From Alphaproteobacteria bacterium (GTDB lineage: Bacteria; Pseudomonadota; Alphaproteobacteria; SHVV01), in NCBI GenBank assembly GCA_965261735.1, contig OZ253470.1, forward strand, positions 3,264,001-3,328,000: a stretch of 64,000 nt of DNA, read 5' to 3'. The notes beneath the pieces were generated by a model. It saw only the letters and a program-made list of their open reading frames with translations. It was not told the DNA's origin and made no database searches. This document shows, piece after piece, positions 22,765-32,862 of the stretch. Numbering within the stretch: the first letter of the stretch is position 1; each line of letters begins with the position of its first letter. The position numbers were made by a program, and so were the translations under genes.

Positions 22765-22812
22765 AATATTACCCGGGGGAAATTAGCTTGTCAATATTAC
22801 CCGGGTAATATT
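22765..22812 (-). promoter_or_regulatory. Sigma70-type promoter overlapped by two palindromic operator-like sites
   Basis: TTGACA-17-TAATAT on the minus strand; perfect palindrome AATATTACCCGGGTAATATT at 22793-22812; degenerate copy at 22765-22784. Confidence 0.75.
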
Positions 22813-22913
22813 TACTGGTCCCCGACGGCGACGACGGTGTTGTTCAAGCGGTGGACCGCCGGCCGGTTGCGCGCCTTGGCAGGTCTGCGGGAATGGCCTA
22901 TACCGGCGCGAAA

Positions 22914-22949
22914 GGCGAGGCAGGCGAGGCAGGCGAGGCAGGCGAGGCA
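22914..22949 (+). repeat. 9-bp tandem repeat (GGCGAGGCA)x4
   Basis: Directly visible, just before the ATG at 22953. Confidence 0.9.
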
Positions 22950-22952
22950 GAA

Positions 22953-24737
22953 ATGAGCGAACAGCCGGACAAGACCGAACTCGGTGAGCTCCCCGAATGG
23001 GACTTGAGCGACCTCTATCCGGGTCCCGATTCGCCGGAGCTGGAGGGCGATATCCAGGCTGCCGAAGCCGCCGCGCGCGACTTCGTGGAGCGCTATCAGG
23101 GCCGCATCGAAACCCTCGATGGCGAGGCGCTCGGTGCCGCGGTCACCGCCTACGAGGACATCGAGGAATCGCTCGGGCGGATTTCGAGCTTCGCCTTTCT
23201 GCGGTACGCCGGCGATCTGAGCGACGGCGAGGCCGCGCGCTTCCTGCAGAACACGCGCGAGCGCCTCAACCGCATCGGCACCACTCTCCTGTTCTTCTCC
23301 CTCGACCTCATCCGCCTCGAGGATACGGAGTTCGAGGAGCGCCTGAAGGCGCCAGCGCTCGCGCACTATACGCCTTGGCTCGAGAAGATACGCGTCTTCA
23401 GGCCCTATCAGCTCGCCAATGACCTCGAAAAGATGCTGTACGAGAAGGACGTGGTCGGGCACGCGGCGTGGACGCGCCTGTTCGACGAAACGATGGCCGA
23501 GCTTCGATTTCCCGTAGACGGCGAGGACCTGACCAGCGAGCAGGCGCTGCACCTGCTGAGCGACAAGGACGCGGCCAAACGCGAGCAGGCGGCTAAGAGT
23601 CTGGGCCGGGTGTTCGGCGCCAACATCCGGCTGTTCGCCTTCGTCACCAATACCCTCGCCAAGGACAAGGAGATCGAGGACCAGTGGCGCGGCTACCCCT
23701 CCCCCGCCGCCGCTCGCCACCTCGCCAACCAGATCGAGCCCGAGGTGGTCGAGGCCTTGGTGGCCGCGGTGAAGGGCGCCTACCCGCGCCTGTCGCACCG
23801 CTACTATGTGCTGAAGGCGCGCTGGCTCGGTAAGGATAAGCTCGAGCACTGGGACCGCAACGCGCCACTGCCCGAAGCCGACGATCGCACCGTGTCGTGG
23901 GCCGAGGCGCGCGACGTGGTGCTCGGCGCCTATGCGCGCTTCTCGCCCGAGCTGGCGGCGATCGGGCAGCGCTTCTTCGATCACGCCTGGATCGACGCGC
24001 CGGCCCGTCCCGGCAAGGCTCCCGGCGCCTTCGCCCACTCCACCGTGCCCGCGGTCCACCCCTATCTACTGCTCAACTATCTCGGCAAGACGCGCGACGT
24101 GATGACGCTGGCGCACGAGCTCGGCCATGGGGTGCACCAGGTGTTGGCGGGCCCGCAGGGCGCGCTGATGGCCGACACCCCGCTCACGCTCGCCGAGACC
24201 GCCTCGGTGTTCGGCGAGCAGCTCATCTTCCGAGCCCTGCTCGATGCCGAAACCGAGCCGGTGCGCCGGCGCGTGATGCTCGCCGGCAAGGTCGAGGACA
24301 TGCTCAACACCGTCGTGCGCCAGATCGCCTTCCACGACTTCGAGCGCCAGGTCCACGACGAGCGCGGCGCCGGCGAGCTCTCGGCCGAGCGCCTGTGCGA
24401 GATCTGGCTCGCGGTACAGGGCGAGAGCCTGGGCCCCGCGTTCCGCTTCGACGACGGGTACCGCTACTACTGGAGCTACATCTCCCACTTCCTGCACGCG
24501 CCGTTCTACGTCTACGCCTATGCGTTCGGCGATTGCCTGGTCAACTCGCTCTACGCGCTGTACCGCGAGTCCGAGGCGGGATTCGCCGAGCGCTATCTGG
24601 CCATGCTGCGCGCCGGGGGCACGCTCCGCCACCGCGAGCTCCTCGCCCCATTCGGGCTCGACGCCAACGACCCCGACTTCTGGTCGCGCGGGCTCGCGGT
24701 CATCGCCGGCTTCATCGACGAACTCGAAGCGGACTGA
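22953..24737 (+). CDS. M3 oligoendopeptidase F
   Basis: LPEWDLSDLY, GKAPGAF, LAHELGH zinc motif, AETAS, FYVYAYAFG. Confidence 0.92.
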   Translation: MSEQPDKTELGELPEWDLSDLYPGPDSPELEGDIQAAEAAARDFVERYQGRIETLDGEALGAAVTAYEDIEESLGRISSFAFLRYAGDLSDGEAARFLQNTRERLNRIGTTLLFFSLDLIRLEDTEFEERLKAPALAHYTPWLEKIRVFRPYQLANDLEKMLYEKDVVGHAAWTRLFDETMAELRFPVDGEDLTSEQALHLLSDKDAAKREQAAKSLGRVFGANIRLFAFVTNTLAKDKEIEDQWRGYPSPAAARHLANQIEPEVVEALVAAVKGAYPRLSHRYYVLKARWLGKDKLEHWDRNAPLPEADDRTVSWAEARDVVLGAYARFSPELAAIGQRFFDHAWIDAPARPGKAPGAFAHSTVPAVHPYLLLNYLGKTRDVMTLAHELGHGVHQVLAGPQGALMADTPLTLAETASVFGEQLIFRALLDAETEPVRRRVMLAGKVEDMLNTVVRQIAFHDFERQVHDERGAGELSAERLCEIWLAVQGESLGPAFRFDDGYRYYWSYISHFLHAPFYVYAYAFGDCLVNSLYALYRESEAGFAERYLAMLRAGGTLRHRELLAPFGLDANDPDFWSRGLAVIAGFIDELEAD

Positions 24738-24749
24738 GCCGGTTCCGCC

Positions 24750-26099
24750 ATGGCCGGCGCCAGGGACGAGGACCGGCTGGCCGGCCGACTCAAGCGCTAC
24801 GCAAAGGTATCGACCGCGGTCGGCGGCCTGGCCGCGAGGCTGGCCGGCGAGCGGGTGTTCGGCCTCGCGCTCGACCGGCCGCGCCACGCGGCCGAGCTAC
24901 GCCGCGCGCTCGGCGGCCTCAAGGGGCCGCTGATGAAGGTCGCGCAAATCATGTCGACGATCCCCGAGGCGCTGCCGCGTGAATACGCGGCCGAGCTCGC
25001 CCAGCTTCAGGCCAACGCGCCATCCATGGGCGGGCCGTTCGTCAAGCGCCGCATGGCGAGCGAGCTCGGCCCCGACTGGCGCGCGCGTTTCGCGTCCTTC
25101 GAGCCGGTCGCCGCCGCGGCCGCGTCCCTCGGCCAGGTCCACCGCGCCCGGGCCCATGACGGCCGCGAGCTTGCGTGCAAGCTGCAGTACCCCGACATGG
25201 CTTCCGCCGTCGAGGCCGACGTCCGCCAGCTTAAGCTCGTGTTCTCGATCTACGAGCGCTACGACAAAAGCATCGACACCAGCAACATCCATGGCGAGAT
25301 CGCGGCGCGATTGCGCGAGGAGCTCGATTACGACCTCGAGGCCCGCCACATGCGCCTGTACAGCGAAATGCTCAAGCCGGAGCGCGGCATACACACGCCC
25401 GACGTCGTCGACGAGCTATCGACGCGGCGTCTGCTTACCATGTCCTGGCTCGAGGGCCGTCCGCTGATGGACTTCGTCGACCGCCCCGCGGCCGAGCGCG
25501 ACCATCTCGGCCAGCTCCTGTTCCGGGCCTGGTACGTGCCCTTCTACCGCTATGGGGTGATCCACGCCGATCCCCACCTCGGCAACTATACGGTCGCTCC
25601 CGAGGGCACCATCAACCTGCTCGACTACGGCTGCATCCGCGTCTTTAAGCCGAAGTTCGTGCGCGGCGTGATCGACCTCTATCGGGCGCTACTCACCGGC
25701 GACGAGGCGCTCGCCGTCCACGCCTACGAGACCTGGGGGTTCGAGAAGCTGTCGAAGGAGGTGATCGACACCCTCAATCTGTGGGCCGAGTTCGTCTACG
25801 CGCCGCTGCTCGAGGACCGGCCGCGCCGTATTCAGGAGTTCGAGTCGAGCGGCGTTTACGGTGTCGAGGTGGCGGAGAAGGTGCACCGGCGCCTGCACGA
25901 GCTCGGTGGCGTTCGGCCGCCGCCCGAGTTCGTTTTCATGGACCGCGCCGCCATCGGGCTGGGCGGCGTGTTCCTGCGCCTCAAGGCGGTCATCAATTGG
26001 CACCGCCTGCTGCACGATCTGATCGATGGCTTCGACGAGGCGGAGCTCGAACGCCGCCAAGTCCGGGCGTTGAAGCGGGCCGGAATCGCGCTCCCTTGA
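24750..26099 (+). CDS. ABC1/UbiB (AarF/COQ8-like) atypical kinase
   Basis: LKGPLMKVAQ, AAASLGQVH, KLQYP, HADPHLGN, LDYG. Confidence 0.9.
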   Translation: MAGARDEDRLAGRLKRYAKVSTAVGGLAARLAGERVFGLALDRPRHAAELRRALGGLKGPLMKVAQIMSTIPEALPREYAAELAQLQANAPSMGGPFVKRRMASELGPDWRARFASFEPVAAAAASLGQVHRARAHDGRELACKLQYPDMASAVEADVRQLKLVFSIYERYDKSIDTSNIHGEIAARLREELDYDLEARHMRLYSEMLKPERGIHTPDVVDELSTRRLLTMSWLEGRPLMDFVDRPAAERDHLGQLLFRAWYVPFYRYGVIHADPHLGNYTVAPEGTINLLDYGCIRVFKPKFVRGVIDLYRALLTGDEALAVHAYETWGFEKLSKEVIDTLNLWAEFVYAPLLEDRPRRIQEFESSGVYGVEVAEKVHRRLHELGGVRPPPEFVFMDRAAIGLGGVFLRLKAVINWHRLLHDLIDGFDEAELERRQVRALKRAGIALP

Positions 26100-27016
26100 G
26101 GGCGGCGCCGGGACCGGAGCGCGGCGGCACGCCAGCGCTCGGCATCGCCTATCTCCTGTGCGCGATACTGGTGTTTGGCGTGCTCGAGGCGACGGCGAAA
26201 CATCTCAGCGCGACGTATTCCGTGCCCCAGGTCATGTGGGCGCGCTTCTTCTTCCATGCGATCTTTACGCTCGCGCTGATGGCCCCGAGCGGCGTGCTGC
26301 GTTGCCTGAGTACACGGCGATTCGGCTTGCATCTGGTGCGGTCGCTGTTGGTGCTCACGGCGACGATGTCGTTCTTCTTCGCGATCAGCTACGTCCCGCT
26401 CGCCGATGCCACCTCGGTCCTGTATCTCTCACCGCTTCTGGTGACGGCCCTCTCGGTTCCCATGTTGGGCGAGCGCGTTGGCGCGCGCCGATGGGTCGCC
26501 GTGGCGATCGGCTTCGCGGGCGTTCTCGTGATCATGCGGCCTGGTCTGGGGGTCGCGCATTGGGCGCTCTCGATCGTGCTCATCACGGCGCTGTCGAACG
26601 CCCTGTTCGTGATCATCACGCGCCTGCTCGGAGCGACCGAGCCGGCGCTGACCACGCTGCTCTACACGGCGCTCATCGGGATGGTGGCCTCGAGCGCGTG
26701 GGCCCCGTTCTTCTGGACTGCGCCCGACCTCGCCGGTTGGTTCGGGTTCGTGGCCCTGGGCGCGTCCGGCGGCGTCGGGCACTACCTGCTCATCAAGGCG
26801 CTGGAGCACGCCACGCCATCGAGTATCCAGCCCTACACCTACCTTCATATCCTGTGGTCGGCGATGCTCGGCTACGTCATTTTTGGCAATTTCCCGGACA
26901 TTTGGACCTTCGTCGGCGCGCTCTTGATCGTCGGCGGCGGCCTCTTTGCCTTCTACCGGGAAACCGCGTCGGTGCGAGTCCATCAAAAGAACGCGAGCGG
27001 GAGAGGCCCCGGTTGA
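26096..27016 (+). CDS. DMT/EamA-family transporter (probable TTG start)
   Basis: About 10 hydrophobic segments; LGERVGARRW, MRPG. Confidence 0.85.
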   Translation: MRAAPGPERGGTPALGIAYLLCAILVFGVLEATAKHLSATYSVPQVMWARFFFHAIFTLALMAPSGVLRCLSTRRFGLHLVRSLLVLTATMSFFFAISYVPLADATSVLYLSPLLVTALSVPMLGERVGARRWVAVAIGFAGVLVIMRPGLGVAHWALSIVLITALSNALFVIITRLLGATEPALTTLLYTALIGMVASSAWAPFFWTAPDLAGWFGFVALGASGGVGHYLLIKALEHATPSSIQPYTYLHILWSAMLGYVIFGNFPDIWTFVGALLIVGGGLFAFYRETASVRVHQKNASGRGPG

Positions 27017-27102
27017 TCGGCGATTGCGGTTTGATATAGTGCGCGCGGGCTGCGCTACGGCCTGTGGCGCCAGGACCTCACAACCCAGTCAGAGACGCTC
27101 GC

Positions 27103-27213
27103 ATGGAAATCGAACAGCAGGAGCGCGCGTGGCGCTCTTTCACGCGGCTGACCAAGACGATGATTACCCTGACGGTCGTCACTCTCATCATTTCGGCCTG
27201 GGCCCTGTTGTAG
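27103..27213 (+). CDS. Small membrane protein, aa3-type cytochrome c oxidase subunit IV-like (36 aa)
   Basis: MEIEQQERAWRSFTRLTKTMITLTVVTLIISAWALL; position upstream of pntA. Confidence 0.7.
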   Translation: MEIEQQERAWRSFTRLTKTMITLTVVTLIISAWALL

Positions 27214-27322
27214 AACCGGCGGTGGCGCGCATTCCCCGGCTGTCCCGGTGCGGGTCGCCCGGGTTGATCGTGCGCAACTGAAACGCCTCTGACGTTGTGG
27301 GTCCAGCTATGCGGACACAATC

Positions 27323-28477
27323 ATGAAGATCGCCGTCCCCAGGGAGCGGCACCAGGGCGAAAAGCGGGTCGCGGCTTCGCCGGAGGCGGTGAAGAAGCTC
27401 GTGGCGTTGGGTGCCGACGTGGTGATCGAGGCTGGTGCCGGCGCAGGCGCCGATTTCCCCGATGCGGCGTACGAGGACGCGGGCGCCGCGATCGCCCCTG
27501 GCGAAGAGGCGGCGCTCGCCGAGGCGGACGTCGTCTTCAAGGTAAGGCGCCCACAAAGCGGCGCCGAGGGGACCGACGAGGTCGGACTGATGCGGCCCGG
27601 GGCCACGCTCGTCGGCCTGCTCGAGCCGCTCGCGCACCCGGAACAGGTGGCGGCCTACGCGGACCGCGGCCTCGTTGCCTTCGCGCTCGAGCTTATGCCC
27701 AGGATCACGCGCGCACAGAACATGGATGTGCTGTCGTCCCAGGCCAACCTCGCCGGCTACAAGGCGGTGCTCGACGCCAGCGTCGCCTTCGGCCGGGCCA
27801 TGCCGATGATGATGACCGCGGCGGGGACCATCGCGCCGGCGCGGGTGCTGGTGTTGGGCGCAGGCGTCGCCGGACTGCAGGCGATCGCCACCGCGCGCCG
27901 CCTGGGCGCCATCGTCAGCGCCTTCGACGTACGCGCCGCCGCGCATGAGGAGGTCGAGAGCCTGGGTGCAGCGTTCATCGAGGTGCCGCGCGCCGAGGGC
28001 GAGTTGGGCGAGGGCGCCGGCGGCTATGCCGGCACGATGAGCGAGGACTACCAGCGCCGCCAGGCGGGCCTGATCGGCGGGCAGCTCAAGCGCCACGACA
28101 TCGCGATCTGTACCGCGCTGATACCGGGCAAGCGCGCGCCGGTGCTGATTACCGAGGACATGGTTCGCGGCATGAAGCCGGGATCGGTCATCGTCGACCT
28201 CGCGGTCGAGGCGGGCGGCAACTGCACGCTATCGAAGGCCGACCAGGAGGTGACCGAGGGCGGCGTGCGGATCATCGCCCACGCCAACGTCCCGAGCCGC
28301 ATCGCGGTCGATGCGAGCAGCCTCTACGCGCGCAACCTGGTCAACTTCATCACCCCCCTGATCGACCCCGAAACCCACGCGCTCAAGATCGACTGGGACG
28401 ACGAGATCGTGCGCGGAACGCTGCTCACGCGCGACGGCAAGGTGGTTCATCCGCTGCTCCAGCAGAAGGCGGCGTGA
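27323..28477 (+). CDS. pntA: NAD(P) transhydrogenase alpha subunit part 1
   Basis: EKRVA, RITRAQNMDVLSSQANLAGY, GAGVAGLQA. Confidence 0.95.
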   Translation: MKIAVPRERHQGEKRVAASPEAVKKLVALGADVVIEAGAGAGADFPDAAYEDAGAAIAPGEEAALAEADVVFKVRRPQSGAEGTDEVGLMRPGATLVGLLEPLAHPEQVAAYADRGLVAFALELMPRITRAQNMDVLSSQANLAGYKAVLDASVAFGRAMPMMMTAAGTIAPARVLVLGAGVAGLQAIATARRLGAIVSAFDVRAAAHEEVESLGAAFIEVPRAEGELGEGAGGYAGTMSEDYQRRQAGLIGGQLKRHDIAICTALIPGKRAPVLITEDMVRGMKPGSVIVDLAVEAGGNCTLSKADQEVTEGGVRIIAHANVPSRIAVDASSLYARNLVNFITPLIDPETHALKIDWDDEIVRGTLLTRDGKVVHPLLQQKAA

Positions 28478-28480
28478 GCG

Positions 28481-28774
28481 ATGGAGGCGCTGCCCGTCGA
28501 CCCCTTCGTCTTTCGCCTGACGATCTTCGCGCTGGCTATTTTCGTCGGCTACTACGTGGTGTGGAGCGTCACGCCGGCCCTGCATACGCCGTTGATGTCG
28601 GTCACCAACGCCATCTCAAGCGTCATTATCGTCGGTGCGCTGATCGCGGCCGGGCCAGAGGAGCTGAACCTGCCCAAGATATTCGGCTTGGTCGCCATTA
28701 CGCTCGCCGCCGTCAACATCTTCGGCGGGTTCGTCGTCACCCAGCGCATGCTCCGCATGTTCAGAAGGAAGTAG
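28481..28774 (+). CDS. NAD(P) transhydrogenase alpha subunit part 2
   Basis: VTPALHTPLMSVTNAIS, NIFGGF. Confidence 0.95.
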   Translation: MEALPVDPFVFRLTIFALAIFVGYYVVWSVTPALHTPLMSVTNAISSVIIVGALIAAGPEELNLPKIFGLVAITLAAVNIFGGFVVTQRMLRMFRRK

Positions 28775-28780
28775 GCGCGG

Positions 28781-30166
28781 GTGTCAGCCAACCTCTCCGG
28801 CGTCGCCTATCTGGTCGCCGCCATCTGCTTCATCATGGCACTGCGCGCCCTGTCCTCGCCGGACACGGCGCGCCGCGGCAACCTCTACGGCATCGCCGGC
28901 ATGGCGATTGCCGTGGCCACCACGGTCCTCAACCCGACGGTGGTCGGTTATGACCTGATCATCGCCGGCTTTCTCGTCGGCGGCGCCGTGGGCACCGCGG
29001 TGGCGCTGCGTATTCAAATGGCGGCGATGCCGCAACTCGTGGCCGCGTTCCATAGCCTCGTCGGTATGGCGGCCGTGCTCGTGGCCGCGGCGGCTTTCTA
29101 CGCGCCCGACACTTACGGCATCGGCACGCCCGGCGCCATCAAGACCGCGAGCCTGATCGAGATGTCGGTCGGCGTGGTGATCGGCGCCATCACCTTTAGC
29201 GGATCGGTGATCGCCTTCGCCAAGCTCCAGGATCTGATGACCGGCAACCCGATCGTCTTCCCCGGCCAGCACTGGTTCAACCTCCTGCTCGGCGTCGCCA
29301 TTGTCGGCTTCGCCGCGGATTTCACCCTCACCCAGTCGGCGGCCTCGTTTTGGACCATGACCGGGCTCGCCTTTCTCCTCGGCATGCTCGTCATCATCCC
29401 CATCGGCGGCGCCGACATGCCGGTGGTGATCTCGATGCTCAACTCCTACTCGGGCTGGGCCGCGGCGGGCATCGGCTTTACCCTCGAGAACACCGCCCTC
29501 ATCATCACCGGCGCCCTCGTCGGCTCGTCCGGCGCCATCCTCAGCTACATCATGTGCAAGGGAATGAACCGCTCGTTCGTCAGCGTCATCCTCGGCGGCT
29601 TCGGGGGCGGCGACGCCAGCGCGGCGCGCGGCGATCGTGGCCAGGCGGTCAAATCGGGCAGCGCCGAGGACGGCGCCTTCATCCTCAAGAACGCGCGTTC
29701 GGTCATCATCGTGCCGGGGTACGGGCTCGCGGTCGCGCGGGCCCAGCGCGTCGTCCGCGAAATGGCGGATGAGCTCAAGGCCGAAGGCGTTCAGGTGCGC
29801 TACGCCATACACCCCGTCGCGGGGCGCATGCCGGGGCACATGAACGTGCTGCTGGCCGAAGCCAACGTCCCCTACGACGAGGTGCTCGAACTCGACGAGA
29901 TCAACAGCGATTTCGCCGCCACCGACGTCGCCTTCGTCATTGGCGCCAACGACGTCACCAACCCGGCCGCGAAGAACGATCCACAGAGCCCGATCTACGG
30001 CATGCCGATCCTCGACGTCGACAACGCGGCGACGGTGCTTTTCGTCAAGCGTAGCCTATCGGCGGGCTATGCCGGGATCGATAACGAGCTGTTCTACAGC
30101 GCCAAGACCATGATGCTGTTCGGCGATGCCAAGAAGATGACCGAGGGCATCCTGAAGGCGCTCTAG
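28781..30166 (+). CDS. pntB: NAD(P) transhydrogenase beta subunit
   Basis: IGGADMPVVISMLNSYSGW, HPVAGRMPGHMNVLLAEA. Confidence 0.96.
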   Translation: MSANLSGVAYLVAAICFIMALRALSSPDTARRGNLYGIAGMAIAVATTVLNPTVVGYDLIIAGFLVGGAVGTAVALRIQMAAMPQLVAAFHSLVGMAAVLVAAAAFYAPDTYGIGTPGAIKTASLIEMSVGVVIGAITFSGSVIAFAKLQDLMTGNPIVFPGQHWFNLLLGVAIVGFAADFTLTQSAASFWTMTGLAFLLGMLVIIPIGGADMPVVISMLNSYSGWAAAGIGFTLENTALIITGALVGSSGAILSYIMCKGMNRSFVSVILGGFGGGDASAARGDRGQAVKSGSAEDGAFILKNARSVIIVPGYGLAVARAQRVVREMADELKAEGVQVRYAIHPVAGRMPGHMNVLLAEANVPYDEVLELDEINSDFAATDVAFVIGANDVTNPAAKNDPQSPIYGMPILDVDNAATVLFVKRSLSAGYAGIDNELFYSAKTMMLFGDAKKMTEGILKAL

Positions 30167-30188
30167 GCGCGAGCCGGAGGGCGACGCG

Positions 30189-30527
30189 ATGATGGTGATC
30201 GACAAGGACTCGGGCGTGACGACGGTGATGGTGCTGATGACGGTGAAGCCCGAGGATCAGGATGCGCTGACCGAGCTGGCTCTCGCCGCCGAGCCCCTCT
30301 TCGCCAAGCAGCCGGGCTTCGTGTCGGCGAGCCTGCACAAGAGCACCGACGGCACGCGCCTGGTGCAATACCTGCAGTGGCGCTCGCTCGCCGATTCCGA
30401 GGCGTGCATGGCGAGCCCCGATTGGCGGGCCGACGCCGGTGTTGCGTTCATGGAATTCATCGGGACCGGCAGGGCCACCATCGAGCCGCAAGCCTATGAG
30501 GTGCTCTCGACACGCGCGCCGAGCTAG
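30189..30527 (+). CDS. ABM-domain (antibiotic biosynthesis monooxygenase-like) protein
   Basis: QPGFVSASLHKSTDG...YLQWRS. Confidence 0.8.
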   Translation: MMVIDKDSGVTTVMVLMTVKPEDQDALTELALAAEPLFAKQPGFVSASLHKSTDGTRLVQYLQWRSLADSEACMASPDWRADAGVAFMEFIGTGRATIEPQAYEVLSTRAPS

Positions 30528-30529
30528 AA

Positions 30530-30554
30530 GGCCGCCCCCGCAAGAGGGCGGCCA
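30530..30554. terminator. Hairpin between convergent genes
   Basis: GGCCGCCC...GGGCGGCC stem. Confidence 0.5.
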
Positions 30555-30596
30555 AGTGGCGGTGCCGGATCGGGCGCGGTCGTCCCACGGAGGGAG

Positions 30597-30800
30597 CTAG
30601 ATTTCGCGCTGCGCGCGTTTGCGGGCCAGTTTGCGGGCCCGCCGAATGGCCTCGGCCTGCTCGCGGGCACGCTTGACGGACGGTTTTTCGTAGTAGTTGC
30701 GCAGCTTCATTTCGCGGTAGATGCCCTCGCGCTGCATCTTCTTCTTGAGCGCGCGCAGGGCCTGATCGACGTTGTTGTCGCGGACAAGGACTTGTACCAG
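30597..30800 (-). CDS. rpsU: 30S ribosomal protein S21 (probable CTG start)
   Basis: [24 protein letters not shown]...YEKPS; AGGAGG 6 nt before CTG. Confidence 0.95.
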   Translation of the reverse strand: MVQVLVRDNNVDQALRALKKKMQREGIYREMKLRNYYEKPSVKRAREQAEAIRRARKLARKRAQREI

Positions 30801-30971
30801 GTCGCTCCTCCTTCTCGCTGTGGCGCGGGTCTGCGCTCCTGAGCGGGCCGCGGTTGATACCACAGCGATGGCGCGATGTGAAGGCGATTTGCCTCGCCCC
30901 CGCCCCGTTCCGCGGCGCCGAGCGTGCGTTCACAGGTTTACCCGCACAGCTAGCGCACCCATATTAGCGCC

Positions 30972-31550
30972 ATGGCCATTCTGAAGATCGCACGCATGGG
31001 CCACCCTGTCCTCGGCCGTCGCGCGGCCGAGGTCGACGACCCGACCGCGCCGGCGGTTCGCCGGCTCGTTGCCGACATGTTCGAGACCATGGCCGATGCC
31101 GAGGGTCTCGGCCTGGCCGCACCGCAGGTCTATGCGCCACTACGCATCGTCATCTTCCGCGCCCCGCCCGACGGCGAGCCGGCCGACGATGAGGAATCGC
31201 CCGAGCCTGCCCCCCTCACGGTGCTCGTAAATCCGGTGATCGAGCCCCTCAGCGAGGAGACAAAGGAAGGGTGGGAGGGCTGCCTGTCACTCCCGGAGCT
31301 CCGTGGCCTCGTGCCCCGCTACACGCACATCCGCTATTCGGGCTTGACGCTCGAGGGGACCGCGCTCGCGCGCGACGCGCTCGGTTTCCATGCCCGGGTG
31401 GTGCAGCACGAGTGCGATCACCTCGACGGCATGCTCTATCCCCGGCGCATGACGGACTTGGCCTCGCTCGTGTACCTTACCGAGTGGAAGTACCACCTCG
31501 AGGCGGACGAAGAGGCGCCCGTGGCGGCCGGCGAGATCGCCGAGGGCTGA
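30972..31550 (+). CDS. def: Peptide deformylase
   Basis: GLGLAAPQ, EGCLS, QHECDHLDG. Confidence 0.95.
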   Translation: MAILKIARMGHPVLGRRAAEVDDPTAPAVRRLVADMFETMADAEGLGLAAPQVYAPLRIVIFRAPPDGEPADDEESPEPAPLTVLVNPVIEPLSEETKEGWEGCLSLPELRGLVPRYTHIRYSGLTLEGTALARDALGFHARVVQHECDHLDGMLYPRRMTDLASLVYLTEWKYHLEADEEAPVAAGEIAEG

Positions 31551-31574
31551 GGCGCGCAACGGAAGCACTCGCGT

Positions 31575-32216
31575 ATGCGACACCACCTGGAGAGCGAGCG
31601 GCGCGCGATTCTCGGGCGCATGCTCGAGCACGTGCCGTTCGAGGGTTGGTCCGCCGCGAGCCTTAAGACCAGGGTCGCCGATCTCGGCTACCCGCCCAGT
31701 ATGGCGGCGCGCGCCTTTCCCGGTGGCGTACGCGAGGTCGTCTCACTGTTCAACGCCGAGACGGACCGGCGCATGCGCGCCGCCCTCGCCGAGCGCGACC
31801 TCGGCGCGCTGCGCGTGCGCGAGCGCGTGGCGGCGGCGGTGCGCTGCCGGCTCGAGCTCGTGGCGCCACACCGTGAGGCGGTGCGCGGGGCGGTCGCCTT
31901 CAGCGCCCACCCGGCCAACGCGCCTGCGGCGCTTGCCGAGCTCTATCGCACCATCGACGACATGTGGCGGGCCTGCGGCGATACGGCGACCGATTTCAGC
32001 TTCTACACCAAGCGCGCACTGCTCGCCGCGGTCTACAGCTCGACCCTGCTCTACTGGTTCGACGACCGCTCGCCCGACTGCGCCGACACCTGGGCCTTCC
32101 TCGACCGCCGCATCGCGGAAGTGATGAAAATCGGCGCGCTCAGGGGCCGCCTCGAACGCTTCGCCAAGGCCGTGACACCGGCACCGCGACGAGGCCGCGG
32201 GCGCGGGCGCGCGTAG
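31575..32216 (+). CDS. COQ9-family (rpsU-divergently transcribed) protein
   Basis: VPFEGWS, GDTATDFSFYTKRA, TWAFLDRRI. Confidence 0.88.
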   Translation: MRHHLESERRAILGRMLEHVPFEGWSAASLKTRVADLGYPPSMAARAFPGGVREVVSLFNAETDRRMRAALAERDLGALRVRERVAAAVRCRLELVAPHREAVRGAVAFSAHPANAPAALAELYRTIDDMWRACGDTATDFSFYTKRALLAAVYSSTLLYWFDDRSPDCADTWAFLDRRIAEVMKIGALRGRLERFAKAVTPAPRRGRGRGRA

Positions 32217-32234
32217 CGCTGCGTCGCAGGCGCC

Positions 32235-32720
32235 CTAGTCCGGGGTTTGGGGGACGGCCGCCGCCTGGCGGTCGCGCCACGCATCGAGCGCGGCCGCCGT
32301 CTTCTCGTCGCCGAGCGCGAGCACCGCGGCGGCGAGCAGAGCCGCATTGATGGCCCCCGCCTTGCCGATCGCCAATGTACCGACCGGAATGCCGCCCGGC
32401 ATCTGCACCGTCGACAGCAGGCTGTCCATGCCCCCGAGCGCCTTGGTCTCGATCGGCACGCCGAGAACGGGGAGCGGCGTGTGCGCCGCCGTCACGCCGG
32501 CGAGGTGGGCAGCGCCCCCGGCACCGGCGATGATAATCTTGAGGCCGCGCTCACGCGCGCTTGTCGCGTAGGTGCGCGCCCGCTCCGGCGTCCGGTGGGC
32601 CGATGCGACGCGCACCTCGTGAGGGATGTCGAGCGCTTCGAGGGTCTCCGCCGCATGGCGCATGGTGTCCCAGTCCGAGGCGCTTCCCATGAGGATGCCG
32701 ACGAGTGCTTCACCGGCCAT
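32235..32720 (-). CDS. purE: N5-CAIR mutase
   Basis: [30 protein letters not shown]. Confidence 0.96.
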   Translation of the reverse strand: MAGEALVGILMGSASDWDTMRHAAETLEALDIPHEVRVASAHRTPERARTYATSARERGLKIIIAGAGGAAHLAGVTAAHTPLPVLGVPIETKALGGMDSLLSTVQMPGGIPVGTLAIGKAGAINAALLAAAVLALGDEKTAAALDAWRDRQAAAVPQTPD

Positions 32721-32862
32721 GATGCGGGGCTCCCAGCCGAAAAGAGCGGCGATTATAGGCGTGCGCCCCGACGGTGCAAGGGAACGTGACGGCGCTCACC
32801 TGACCCGAGCCGCGCGCTGTGGTACACTGGCGTGAGCCTTGATCTCCACGGGGGCCTCGCAC

